From an uncultured virus (IMG/VR IMGVR_UViG_3300030101_004641) (Duplodnaviria > Heunggongvirae > Uroviricota > Caudoviricetes), in IMG/VR virus record IMGVR_UViG_3300030101_004641: a DNA stretch of 64,000 nucleotides; one strand, 5' to 3'. The notes beneath the pieces were generated by a model. That model was not told the DNA's origin. It worked only from the letters and a program-made list of their open reading frames with translations, and searched no databases. The position numbers were made by a program, and so were the translations under genes. Shown in pieces: positions 18,884-29,194 of this stretch (positions are counted from its first letter, which is position 1; every line of letters begins with the position of its first letter).

Positions 18884-20059
18884 ATGATTGCCATTGATAA
18901 TAAAGAGATGTATCCTTATCAATACACCTACCCCCTACTTTGCATGAAAAACAACGATGCTTTTTTATATAAAAATTTGACTGCATATGATCAGATATTA
19001 TTTGTGAGAGCTTTTCAAACAGCTCTACAACACTTTGGAAAAGAATCTTGTTGGTGTTTAACAAAGATGAACAATGCTGGCTTTAAAGGATTTACTACCA
19101 GTAAAAAAACAAAGCTTATGTATAAAGGTCACGATGCTAGACCATTAATCTTAAGCATGACCGGCAGAGATTATTCTGAACAAAAACCAATAATTGTAAA
19201 AAAAAGTGAATGTAAATCTAAATATTGTTTAAATCCCTCTCATTATTATTGGGGAACTAGAAAGGATGTAGCCTATGAAAATGCAAAGATCAATAAAAAA
19301 TCTATTAATATTGAATTAATAAGTAAGTTGAGAGAGGAAAGTAGAAGTGGTGTAAGCAGTAGAAAATTATCTAAACATTATCGTTTACCTTATCACTCGG
19401 TAAGAAGAATATGTTCAGGAGAAACTTATGAAAATGCTGAAAACAAAGAGAACGAATATAATGAAGAAGAAATTTGGTTTAATCTTTCACGAATTTGTAT
19501 AAATTTAATGAGAGCTCATCCAGATGAAGCAAAAAATTTTAGAGGTATTGTGACTGAAACTCAAAATTATGAATGCCCATGGCATCTTCAAGGAAGTGAA
19601 AAGCATAAAGGTAATTTTGGAATAATGGGAGAATGTTTAAATTGTATGGAAGAGATCAAAAAATCAAGATGTACTGTCGATGTTAGAGAATTTGACATGA
19701 AATGGTATTGGCAAGTCAAAAGATTTTGGGAGCAAGTAGATATTAGAGGGGAGGATGATTGTTGGCAATGGAAAGGTTCTACAAGAAAAAATGGAACAGA
19801 ATCGACTGCGTACTTTCCCTCTCCCTTTCATTCAGGTAAAACTCATTCAGCTCCACGTATAGCATTTTGGTTAAGTAGAGGATACACAGGAAGATATAGA
19901 ATATTTAACAATGCCAAATGTGTAGCTTTCTGTTGTAATCCAAAACACTTAATGATTAAAGGTCTTAAAAATATACCAGAATGTAAGAGCATTAAAAATA
20001 TAAAACTACATCATGAAAATATTTTGAAGTATCATAGAGAAAGGAATAAACAAATCTAA
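18884..20059 (+). CDS. Tandem His-Me finger (HNH_3-like) + HTH protein, probably nuclease-dead
   Basis: CW...CLNPSH..GT and CWQWKG...CCNPKHL domains flanking an HTH (SSRKLSKHYRLPYHSVRRI). Confidence 0.7.
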   Translation: MIAIDNKEMYPYQYTYPLLCMKNNDAFLYKNLTAYDQILFVRAFQTALQHFGKESCWCLTKMNNAGFKGFTTSKKTKLMYKGHDARPLILSMTGRDYSEQKPIIVKKSECKSKYCLNPSHYYWGTRKDVAYENAKINKKSINIELISKLREESRSGVSSRKLSKHYRLPYHSVRRICSGETYENAENKENEYNEEEIWFNLSRICINLMRAHPDEAKNFRGIVTETQNYECPWHLQGSEKHKGNFGIMGECLNCMEEIKKSRCTVDVREFDMKWYWQVKRFWEQVDIRGEDDCWQWKGSTRKNGTESTAYFPSPFHSGKTHSAPRIAFWLSRGYTGRYRIFNNAKCVAFCCNPKHLMIKGLKNIPECKSIKNIKLHHENILKYHRERNKQI

Positions 20060-20060
20060 A

Positions 20061-20753
20061 GTGGCAAGATTTCTTACTACTATACCAAATAATTTAGGAT
20101 TTTTTAATTTAGGTAAAGTTGAATCATATCCAACCGGTGGTGGTGGACCAACAGCTTATGGACCTACATCTTATTTTGGATCTGATCCTAGACCTGCAGA
20201 ACAAGGAGATAATTTAAATAATCCTATAGACTTAGGAGATTTTTCTGCAATATTTAAAAATCAAATAATATCTAATAGTCACGGAGGTCTGACAAGAAAA
20301 CAGAGTACTTTTTATAAAATAAATTTGTCTATACCTAGATCAATACAATTTACTCAAGAATTTTCTCGTACTTCTTATGAAGATCAAACTAATAGAAATA
20401 CATTAATAGCTTTTTATAAAATAGATGAAAATAAACATAGACAAGAACTACCAATAAACGATGACGGTTATGTCTTTCATGAATCATCTATAGATTCTGA
20501 AGACGACGACACTGGTGCAATATTAAGTGATTATCCATCCATCAGATTAGAAAAAGGTAATTATTTATTTGTAATTACAAATGATATTAGATATATTGAA
20601 ACAACTTATTCAATAGGTTTAAATGTTTCAGTTCTTGATTGGCGATTTGTCTTTGAAACTGTTGAAGAACAAATAAATCTTGGTTTAATTACGCAAAGTA
20701 TAGTCGATTCAACAGGAGCTTCCAGTGGTGCTCTTAACTTTGGTTTTCTTTAG
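20061..20753 (+). CDS. Hypothetical beta-rich protein, possibly virion-associated
   Basis: GDNLNNPIDLG...LEKGNYLFVI jelly-roll-like pattern. Confidence 0.45.
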   Translation: MARFLTTIPNNLGFFNLGKVESYPTGGGGPTAYGPTSYFGSDPRPAEQGDNLNNPIDLGDFSAIFKNQIISNSHGGLTRKQSTFYKINLSIPRSIQFTQEFSRTSYEDQTNRNTLIAFYKIDENKHRQELPINDDGYVFHESSIDSEDDDTGAILSDYPSIRLEKGNYLFVITNDIRYIETTYSIGLNVSVLDWRFVFETVEEQINLGLITQSIVDSTGASSGALNFGFL

Positions 20754-21446
20754 TTTATTTATCTAATTTTTTTGGTAAATACATACTAGATGGATTCTGA
20801 GCATAACCGGGATTTTCGTTTATCTCCTTGTACGACCTTGGTTTCTTCTTGGCTAAATCTACCATTCCTAAATAAAGATTCTTATAATCTTTTGCAACTA
20901 AAGCTGAATCATCTCTTAATCTTTGTTTATCTGCTTCAGTAGCTACAGGTAATGATGCAGCGTAACCAGACGCAGCAATTAGATCTGTCGCTGCTTTTTT
21001 AGCCCCCATATCTGCACCCGTGCCTACCATGTCGTATCGCTGATCTAATACTCGATTAAATTCTTTATTAGTTCTTGCTGTTGATTCTGCTATATCTTTA
21101 TAACTCTTTCTAGGAATAATAGTTTGAAAAGCCGTAGGTGCTTTCTCAGGTGGAACTATAATACTAGGTTCGCTGGAACCACCACCACCAAATAAATCTC
21201 CAAGAAAACTCATCTTTTATTTTTTGAAATGTACCTCTATAGTGATCCTATCAGTAATAAATTCATATATATTATTAACCCCAACGTATCCTGCCGGTAA
21301 CAAGATTAATATTAAAAGAAGCTCAGCATAGGTAATTGGACGACGCATGATTAAATTTATCCTTGTCTTTCTGATATTAGCTAACTTTTGCATATTTTGC
21401 CTATAATAAATTTTCGATGGAATCAAATCTAAAAGTAAGCTAGTAT

Positions 21447-22064
21447 TTGTACAGATATTGTCCTCCTATGGAAGAACAACAATTAGAGGACTGGGTAGAT
21501 ATCTTAGATACAACAAATTACGCACCACATAAAGACCCTGATAATTTATATCAGAGTTACAGATTTGTAGATTTAGATATTAATTTAGTCACAACTAAAA
21601 ATTATAGAAAAAAACTTTGTAAATCTTTAATAGAACAAGTAGAAATATTTATACCTCCATCAGGTAGTTTTAGTAATCAAGATCTTAGACGATATCTAGA
21701 GTTAGTTTCAAGTTATGAAACAAGTACAAAAGATTTAATTTTAGGTTTATCTTTAGCTGACCAAATAAGATTAACATTTAGTGATATGAAAACAAGCACA
21801 ATTTGTGATAGATATCCAGAAATAAATTTAGCTGAAAAAAGAAGATATAGATGTGTTGCTGAGTATTTAATTAGACAAGGGGAGTTAACAAAATTAAGAG
21901 ATAAAAATGGAAAACTAATAAAAAAAATAGGAAATATGCAAAAAGCTGTTGTTTTATACAGACCCCTGCCAAAACTTTTAGAAACTTTAAAAAAATCCGG
22001 TCTACATGATCTTATAAAAATTGACAAAGAGAAAAAAAATGATAAGAATAAAACAGCCGACTAA
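21447..22064 (+). CDS. Hypothetical protein, possible winged-helix
   Basis: YRCVAEYLIRQGELTK followed by a beta hairpin; start probably ATG 21468. Confidence 0.45.
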   Translation: MYRYCPPMEEQQLEDWVDILDTTNYAPHKDPDNLYQSYRFVDLDINLVTTKNYRKKLCKSLIEQVEIFIPPSGSFSNQDLRRYLELVSSYETSTKDLILGLSLADQIRLTFSDMKTSTICDRYPEINLAEKRRYRCVAEYLIRQGELTKLRDKNGKLIKKIGNMQKAVVLYRPLPKLLETLKKSGLHDLIKIDKEKKNDKNKTAD

Positions 22065-22473
22065 ACAAAATGACTAGTAGAAGAAATCAATTATTAAAAA
22101 GGTTAATAGGCTCAGCAATTGGTGAAGATGAAAAAAAACTTTATCAATTAACTATAGAAAGAATATGTGCTGATATGTGTGATTTTTATCTCAAATTTTA
22201 TAATAATGAAGGACCAGGGGCGATGGTATATGTTCCTACTCACGAAGATGAAAAAAAATCTATGTTTTATTTAACAGTTAATAACCTGATTACCGCAGTT
22301 GATGATCTTAATAAAAAAGATTTGGAAGGTGCTGCAGATGTCATGAAAAAGGCTATAACAAGAGCAGAAAAATTAGATCCTGATAAAGAAGCTCTATTTA
22401 TAATCCAAGATGAAAAAGAAATGTCTTTAGTTCATTACAAAATAGACAGTGCAGGTGCTAGTTTTAAAATGAT

Positions 22474-23094
22474 GTGACTAAAGGTTCATGGGGTGCTAGT
22501 AAAAGATCTTTAAGTCAAGTTGAACATATAACACATGATTGGTTAACCCCATGTGAGTATATCCCTTATATAGATGCATTACTTAAAAATATAGATCTAG
22601 ATCCATGTTCTACTTATGATGCTAATAATCAATTTTTAAGAGCAACAAAGATATATACATATGAAATAGATGGTTTAAATATCGAAGAGCCTTGGACTGG
22701 AAAAACTTATTTATTTCCTCCTACTTTTGGTAGATGCTCTTTTGCAGAGAAACGGGGAACGTGGAGATGGAGTATCTCTGCAGGAAGAAAGGCAAAGGCT
22801 CCATCTGTAATTTGGTTTAGGAGATTACTTAAAGAGTGGAAACTAAGAAATATACCAGAGGCTCTATTTTTTACTACATATCCTGAAATGATAAGAACAT
22901 GTCCTGAAATGTGGGATTTTCCTATTTGCATTCCTACAAATAGAGCTAATTTAATTCATGGAAAAAAGTTTGAATGCTTAGAATCACCTATTAGTTGGGG
23001 ATATTTTGTGTACTTACCTGAGATAAGTATGGGATTTAATCAAATAGAAAGATTTAAATATATATTTTCACATATTGGGAAAGTCGTTACTTAA
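22474..23094 (+). CDS. Phage Dam-like N6-adenine methyltransferase homologue with altered motif IV
   Basis: WLTP, IDLDPCS, DGL...W.G motifs; FPPT where NPPY is expected. Confidence 0.75.
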   Translation: MTKGSWGASKRSLSQVEHITHDWLTPCEYIPYIDALLKNIDLDPCSTYDANNQFLRATKIYTYEIDGLNIEEPWTGKTYLFPPTFGRCSFAEKRGTWRWSISAGRKAKAPSVIWFRRLLKEWKLRNIPEALFFTTYPEMIRTCPEMWDFPICIPTNRANLIHGKKFECLESPISWGYFVYLPEISMGFNQIERFKYIFSHIGKVVT

Positions 23095-23300
23095 TCAATC
23101 ATTTGTCTAGGAAAATTCATATCCCTTAATCTTCCTATAAAAGTATTTAAAAAATTTTTAGAGTTATTATCGTCAATAGCTGGTCGTACACCACGCCTTG
23201 AAGGACTTATATCTCTTTTTGAATCTAACGACTTATAAAATCTGTAACGATTGTCAACGTCGTAACTTGAAGTAGACTGAGGTTTCATAGGACTATTCTA

Positions 23301-23657
23301 TTGGAGACTAACATGGAAACTAGAATTAGCGGTGTATGTGATGAAATAAAAGAATTATTGATTGAAAAAAATAAAAAATATGGAAATTCTGCCCTAAATC
23401 CTTGTCGAGTATTTAGTAAAGCATCTACCACAGAACAATTATTAGTAAGAATAGACGATAAATTAAATAGAATTATGAAAGGAGCAGGTTTATTGGCTAC
23501 AGATGAAGACGTTATAAATGATTTAATCGGATATTTAGTACTGCTAAAAATAAGTATGGCAAAAGATAAAAATTATGAAATCCTCGAATCAGCAAAATCT
23601 CTCTACAACAACGGTCAAAAAACGGACATCCTTGACCATGCAAGAGATTTCGATTGA
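23301..23657 (+). CDS. DUF1599 / nucleotide-modification-associated domain protein
   Basis: KNKKYGNS...VRIDDKLNRI...EDVINDLIGY. Confidence 0.8.
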   Translation: METNMETRISGVCDEIKELLIEKNKKYGNSALNPCRVFSKASTTEQLLVRIDDKLNRIMKGAGLLATDEDVINDLIGYLVLLKISMAKDKNYEILESAKSLYNNGQKTDILDHARDFD

Positions 23658-23719
23658 TTATAAAGAATTTGAAAAAAATTATAGTAGAGAATTACTCGTG
23701 ATGGATTGTCTTGATTGGC

Positions 23720-24436
23720 TTAAGGATCGACCTTACGACGCAAAGGAGATCCTAGACCACTTGGAGTACTGTTCCAATATCGGAAAAAACGACGTAAAAT
23801 TACACCCGATGGATCAAATTCTTTAAAATTTTTCTCTAAAAACTCTATTGCTTTTACTTGTGTGGGTGAACCATTATAAGTTTCTACAAGATTCAACAGA
23901 CATACCTCAGTGTGGCATTTATGGGGGTGAAAGGTAGGTATTTCTTTATCTGCTGCAAAGTACATATCTAACTCGGAACGCCTTCTAGAGATCATTAAAT
24001 CACCCCCTGACATCCATATGGTATTAATATAGGGACTCCACTCTTTAATTATTTTATTTTTAGAAGCATAACTATTTATTAGGTCTAATAATTTGCAAGA
24101 CTTAAAAGAACATATACCAACACTATGGGCAAAGCTTAGTAATGCCGCCCTTTTGTTTTTATTTAAATTTACAAATATATATTTTTCGATATTTTCTGAA
24201 AAACACTTCAAATCTTCGTAGAATTGTTTATCAATATCCTCTTGTGTAGCTTTATCATTAGCATCCAAGTAATGATTGTCTATAATTTCGCTTCCGTAAC
24301 CTATTCTCCAGACACTTTCACCAAAGTCTTTATATGCCGCATATCTACCCATCCCTAAATAAGTTCTAGGAACAGTATATTTTTTTGTTAGTTTATAACC
24401 CTTTTCAGTAAATAATGTATAGTTATGGGACGACAA
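23720..24436 (-). CDS. GH24 lysozyme homologue with altered catalytic residues
   Basis: AYKD...WRIGYG, LNKNKRAALLSFAHSVG, RRRSE motifs. Confidence 0.75.
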   Translation of the reverse strand: MSSHNYTLFTEKGYKLTKKYTVPRTYLGMGRYAAYKDFGESVWRIGYGSEIIDNHYLDANDKATQEDIDKQFYEDLKCFSENIEKYIFVNLNKNKRAALLSFAHSVGICSFKSCKLLDLINSYASKNKIIKEWSPYINTIWMSGGDLMISRRRSELDMYFAADKEIPTFHPHKCHTEVCLLNLVETYNGSPTQVKAIEFLEKNFKEFDPSGVILRRFFRYWNSTPSGLGSPLRRKVDP

Positions 24437-24811
24437 CTGATCCGTTATAGCTCACTTCAGAATAACCATCTAAATTTAAAAGCACAACATAATTTTTAGC
24501 TGCATTAGTTACTGTAACACCAACGGCACCTTTTTGTTTGCCAGCTTTTGCAATATCGAAGAACTTTTGATATCCAGTAGGTGCATCACCTGTAGAAAAT
24601 GCATCTTCTTGGAATATTTGTATTGTATTTACACCCTCTGACCTATCAAGAGTAACTATAATATCTCCTGTTCCACCGGGATTTACTCTAAATCCTCTTA
24701 CAGAATCACCTTTGTTACCTGCTGCTGTAGGACCAAGATAAGTAATCTCAGATCCAGCATCAACACTAAATGTATCTAAAGTTGCTTCAATTGTTCGTGT
24801 AGCCATGTTCT

Positions 24812-25024
24812 TTAAGAAATTTGCCCTTCAGTTGAGAGCTGGAATTGAATGTTGGCATCAATGCCGTGATCTTTCATGATGTCATAAAACATCTGACGAT
24901 CTAATGCTTTTTGATGCAATAGCTCAATAAATGCTTCTTCTAATTCTACTCTATCTAAAGATTGTATCGCCAAAGAAGCAGCATGAATAGAAAACTCTAC
25001 ATTTATTGGAAGGTTAACATCCAT
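24812..25024 (-). CDS. nblA: NblA-like proteolysis adaptor (copy 2)
   Basis: LPINVEFSI...IQSL...LLHQ...IMKDHGID aligns with the NblA pattern LSLEQQFSI...VQNM...LYEQ...LLKHQWGLD. Confidence 0.75.
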   Translation of the reverse strand: MDVNLPINVEFSIHAASLAIQSLDRVELEEAFIELLHQKALDRQMFYDIMKDHGIDANIQFQLSTEGQIS

Positions 25025-25200
25025 ATAAATAAAAACCTTTATACATATAGTACCAACAGTAAATTAATGAGCAATTAATTTAGGTGGTCATTTTTTTCAC
25101 GTTCTAATAAAATAGTACCAACGCCATAAGAACTACCAAAAAGAATAATAAAACTAATAGCAATTACTTCCATAAGTAAATATTTTACTTTAATTTTATT

Positions 25201-25488
25201 TTACCATTTAGTTTTATGTGACCAATATCGTGCAGAAAACTTATCCGGATTTGGATCTTGAGCATTATGCCTTGCGTAATAAGATTTTTTTCTAGCTTTC
25301 TCTTTTGCGGATTTGGGATTTTTACCAGCACCTTCTACTCCTTGTTGACCAAATCTAATTATTTTTTCTTTCCCATCCTTACATGCTTTTACTATATGTG
25401 ATTTAGTTTTATGACTAGGAGTTTTTTTAGGTTTATTACACTTCAAATGCTCTTTCGAAAGTTTTTTAGCCTTTGCCCTCTTTGACAT
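25201..25488 (-). CDS. Basic DUF5754-like protein
   Basis: KIIRFGQQG...RKKSYYARH...SARYWS...W. Confidence 0.6.
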   Translation of the reverse strand: MSKRAKAKKLSKEHLKCNKPKKTPSHKTKSHIVKACKDGKEKIIRFGQQGVEGAGKNPKSAKEKARKKSYYARHNAQDPNPDKFSARYWSHKTKW

Positions 25489-25678
25489 CAGTCTTTTCTC
25501 CTACAAAATTTTTATTACGCCAGATGCTATCTTAGATCTTAAATCTTGACCCCTTGTCCCTTTTAATGCCATTTCGCCTGGACCTGCTGATCTAGATTTG
25601 ACTAATTCTTTATTTAAAGCCTCTTTTTCTTCTTGAAATTCTTTTGCATACTGTTTAGCAAAAGCTAATGCTAGTTCA

Positions 25679-26086
25679 TTAGGCTGTGACCCATCCGATG
25701 TAGAAATCATTTGTTACATATGGTGTTGCTTTATCAGAGGAAAGGATTTTGATTGAGATGTCTTGATCCATCCATTGTTTTATCTTATCAAGTCTCTCCT
25801 TTTGGTAAAAATTACGTGTAGGATTGTACCAATCATCTAAGAGGTGAGATCCTTTTAACCTATTACATTTAGAACATGAACAAATCATATTAGATTTAAC
25901 ATTATGCCCACCTTTAAATTTTGGAAGAATATGATCTATTGTTGCAGATTTAATATCTAATTGTTTATCACAATAAGCACATTTCCAATTCCAAGACTCA
26001 AATATGCATTGTCGAAATTTATGGCGAGCGTTTTTTGGAGAGAGTTCAATTAAATTTGCCAGTAAATCTTGCTCGCAGTGAATCAC
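25679..26086 (-). CDS. HNH endonuclease
   Basis: CAYC...TIDHILPKFKGG..SNMICSCSKCNRLKG, intact HNH. Confidence 0.92.
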   Translation of the reverse strand: MIHCEQDLLANLIELSPKNARHKFRQCIFESWNWKCAYCDKQLDIKSATIDHILPKFKGGHNVKSNMICSCSKCNRLKGSHLLDDWYNPTRNFYQKERLDKIKQWMDQDISIKILSSDKATPYVTNDFYIGWVTA

Positions 26087-26644
26087 ATGTACCTTGCAAC
26101 CTTGTAGAAACTTTATGCTGCATAAACTTACACAAGTATAGTAATTAATCTATTAATGAAATTAGCTCTACCTCTTCTTCTTTTTCATAGTCTGCATCTT
26201 CAAGAAGTCTTAATAAATAATAATGAATTTTTTCTGTTACCCATTTTAAATCTTCATCTTTAATATCATTAAAAATTGCATTTAAAGATAAATCTTTTGG
26301 TGGAGTGCGTAAATGATCTGCTAATAATTGTAAGGCTTTGTATCTATCTTTATTCATCTCCCTTAACATTTTAATCACCACTTGCCTCTGGCACTACTTC
26401 AGCTACAGCTTGTTTTGATTGCTCAGCTTCTTGTATTTGAATATTTACTATTTCCTTGGCTCCTAAAACTTTTAAATATGAATTTTTAGCAGTTGCTAAT
26501 TGAGTTTCTAATTGTTGTATTTGGTTAGCATAAGAGTTTGACTGCTCATCAAGTTGACGGTCAAAATCTCTTAGTTTTTCTATTGATAATCCGCAAGACA
26601 TAGAAAATAAGTAACTACTTCGAGTATAACCCTAGAATTACTTA

Positions 26645-27193
26645 TTAACAATCATTAAAGTCTTTAGCTATCTGTCCACCAATATCTGCTCCCTTTTCCT
26701 GACCAAACATAGTAATCCACCCTGCAGCTATCCAACCTATTATTGGAATATTAGTGACAGCTGGTGCTGCTTTTACACCTACAGAAGCTCCTACTAGCCT
26801 TCCTGTAGACTCTCCACTTCCTTCTATTTTGTAGCATGCTATCTCTTTATCTGTTGGACTAGAAACTCCTTTTGGAATATTTGAATTAATTATCTCACCA
26901 TTCATTGTAAATTCTTTACTAACTACTATTTTTTCTTTTTTATTACCGAAAAATCCTTTTGGTATTTCACTTCTTTTTACAGTATTTAAAACCTTGGGAT
27001 CATTTGCCATATATGAGATTTTATATCCGAATTCAGAAGCATCTACCTGATATGTAGTGTAAGGACCTACAGGTAAATTGATTACAGGAAGATTAGTTTT
27101 ATTAGATAAATTACTTATTAAACTTATATTTGATACGCCCAAAAGGGAAACTAATCCAATAGTTCCCCAATTTCTTTTTGGTCTACTATACAT
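26645..27193 (-). CDS. Membrane-associated cyanophage protein
   Basis: N-terminal hydrophobic segment; C-terminal glycine zipper (IPIIGWIAAG). Confidence 0.6.
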   Translation of the reverse strand: MYSRPKRNWGTIGLVSLLGVSNISLISNLSNKTNLPVINLPVGPYTTYQVDASEFGYKISYMANDPKVLNTVKRSEIPKGFFGNKKEKIVVSKEFTMNGEIINSNIPKGVSSPTDKEIACYKIEGSGESTGRLVGASVGVKAAPAVTNIPIIGWIAAGWITMFGQEKGADIGGQIAKDFNDC

Positions 27194-27563
27194 TCTTTTT
27201 ATTAATATCTTCAGTCACTATTTTAATAGGAGCTTGTTCAATACGCAATATTTGAGTAGTAACACCAGATGATGCTAATTTAGAGCCGCCTTTCTCTTCA
27301 TTCTTCTTCTTACCACCTGGCGTAATATTGAAGGAGGCTAAACATCCTGTAAAGACCGAAGCGATAAAAGTTATATCCTTAACCTCCCTATCCTCAGTTA
27401 TACCAGGCAATGTAATGTAGTTCAAAGAAATTATAAATCCGGCCCAAACCATTACTCCCAGCCTAATCAAAGTACCTAGAAAGGCCATTTGTTCTTCTTT
27501 GTCATCTATGTTTTCTTTTATTTTTGTAAAAACATTCTTTTTTTCTTTTGGATTTTCTGTCAT
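27186..27563 (-). CDS. Two-TM membrane protein
   Basis: Two hydrophobic helices; DITFIASVFTG. Confidence 0.6.
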   Translation of the reverse strand: MTENPKEKKNVFTKIKENIDDKEEQMAFLGTLIRLGVMVWAGFIISLNYITLPGITEDREVKDITFIASVFTGCLASFNITPGGKKKNEEKGGSKLASSGVTTQILRIEQAPIKIVTEDINKKNV

Positions 27564-27633
27564 TTTTTTATTCCATACATACTAAGTTTACCCTCATGTA
27601 AACTTATAGGTACTAAGCCCTAGTTTTAGTCAA

Positions 27634-28119
27634 ATGTTAAAGTATTTTTCACTATTAATAATCTTATTAACCCCTACTGTCAAAGCCGATATCTATCATT
27701 CTATCAGCTCATCCGTAAAATTAGAGGTAAATGCAGCTGGAACAAATGCAGATCGTATTGGTAACTCTATGAGTATAAGCGGATCAGGAATCAATACTAC
27801 GGATGGAACAACAACAGGAAGTGTCGGGGGTTTAGGTGCAGCGACAAATGGTGTAAATGCATATACACCAATTACAGCAAGTCAACTTACGGCTGGAGAT
27901 GCATTCGCTTTTAGTTCTAGTTACACTGCTGGAGACACTGTATCTACAAGTTTAACCGTTGGTGAAGTTTCGCCCTTTGGTGATCTTACAAGTACGTCAG
28001 CTGGTGTAGCAGGCACATTAGCAGGTACCATAGATACTAAAAATGACATAACAGTAACTGCCGGAGGAGCAGGGACTAGCGTAACTGGTCAATTTGTAGT
28101 TGGACTCACTTTAGACTAG
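27634..28119 (+). CDS. Secreted Gly/Ser/Thr-rich beta protein
   Basis: Signal peptide ...PTVKA; low-complexity beta-rich body. Confidence 0.7.
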   Translation: MLKYFSLLIILLTPTVKADIYHSISSSVKLEVNAAGTNADRIGNSMSISGSGINTTDGTTTGSVGGLGAATNGVNAYTPITASQLTAGDAFAFSSSYTAGDTVSTSLTVGEVSPFGDLTSTSAGVAGTLAGTIDTKNDITVTAGGAGTSVTGQFVVGLTLD

Positions 28120-28547
28120 TGAAACGGCTGTTATTACTGTTTATATTTTTACCTGTGCCTTTAAAAGCCTCACCTATCACTGGTGCCTTTACAACTGGTA
28201 CCATGAATTCTACTACCACAACACAGCAAACTATAGTTGAATCGGTGGTTTCAAAAGATTATAATTCAGGATATACCTACAGTGTTTCAGGCACTGGCGT
28301 AGAACTGCAAGATAGCGGTAGTATGATACCAAGTGCTGTTCAAACTAATGGAACTACAGATGGAGTTAGTTACTCATGGACTGGTTTAGATTTCAGTACA
28401 AAGCCAACCTTCGTACAGACAGAAAACGGAGCGGCCTTTCAACTGACAGAAAATTATTCCGGACCAGGGCTCTCAAATGTAACAACTATAAATCGCCAAA
28501 TAACCGTGGAAAGCACAACAGTCACGCAATCAATTTTTCAAAAATAG
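28119..28547 (+). CDS. Secreted Thr-rich protein
   Basis: Signal peptide ...PLKA; FTTGTMNS and GPGLSN motifs. Confidence 0.7.
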   Translation: MKRLLLLFIFLPVPLKASPITGAFTTGTMNSTTTTQQTIVESVVSKDYNSGYTYSVSGTGVELQDSGSMIPSAVQTNGTTDGVSYSWTGLDFSTKPTFVQTENGAAFQLTENYSGPGLSNVTTINRQITVESTTVTQSIFQK

Positions 28548-29194
28548 CTTTAGTTCTACTGCTTTCTCCTACATCAGTACTGGCTAATGCAGTAAGTCAA
28601 TCAAATACTGGAAGTGTTACAAATCAAAATTATAATGTCAATAACGGTAGTTTTCACACCAACCAAATGGGCGGAAATATAGTCTGTCAGGGAGCTATGA
28701 TGAACATCACCCCTTTTTCAACATTTAATTCAAATTTTCAAAAACCTTTTGATTATAGATATGAAACTCCAGTATATGATCCAACAGATATAGAGGGTGA
28801 TTTTGATGATGATGGTGACCCAATAGGGGATGGAACTCCTGACAATCCTGGTAATATTCTTTATTATCAACAAAATTATTCAGGAACTAATAAGGATGCT
28901 TATGCTTTAGGCACAGGTATTACTCTAAATTTTTCTATACCTTTAGATCGGGAACTGGGTAGACAATGTAAAGCTGCAGCTCAAACTCAAATTAATATTC
29001 AAAAACAAAAACTTAAAAATCTAGAATTAGAATGGCATGTCGCAAGAGTGAAACACTGTGGAGAATTAATGCAAAAGGGTATAAATGTAAAAAAAGGAAC
29101 TGTCTTTCATTCTGTCTGTTCTGATGTTTATCTTAGCCCTAAGCCTAATCAGATTGAGAAGCATTATCATTCTTTTTCTTCCGAGAAGAAGTAA
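28376..29194 (+). CDS. Secreted cyanophage protein; true start uncertain
   Basis: Signal peptide begins about codon 52; C-terminal Cys pattern (C..CGEL..C). Confidence 0.65.
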   Translation: MDWFRFQYKANLRTDRKRSGLSTDRKLFRTRALKCNNYKSPNNRGKHNSHAINFSKIALVLLLSPTSVLANAVSQSNTGSVTNQNYNVNNGSFHTNQMGGNIVCQGAMMNITPFSTFNSNFQKPFDYRYETPVYDPTDIEGDFDDDGDPIGDGTPDNPGNILYYQQNYSGTNKDAYALGTGITLNFSIPLDRELGRQCKAAAQTQINIQKQKLKNLELEWHVARVKHCGELMQKGINVKKGTVFHSVCSDVYLSPKPNQIEKHYHSFSSEKK

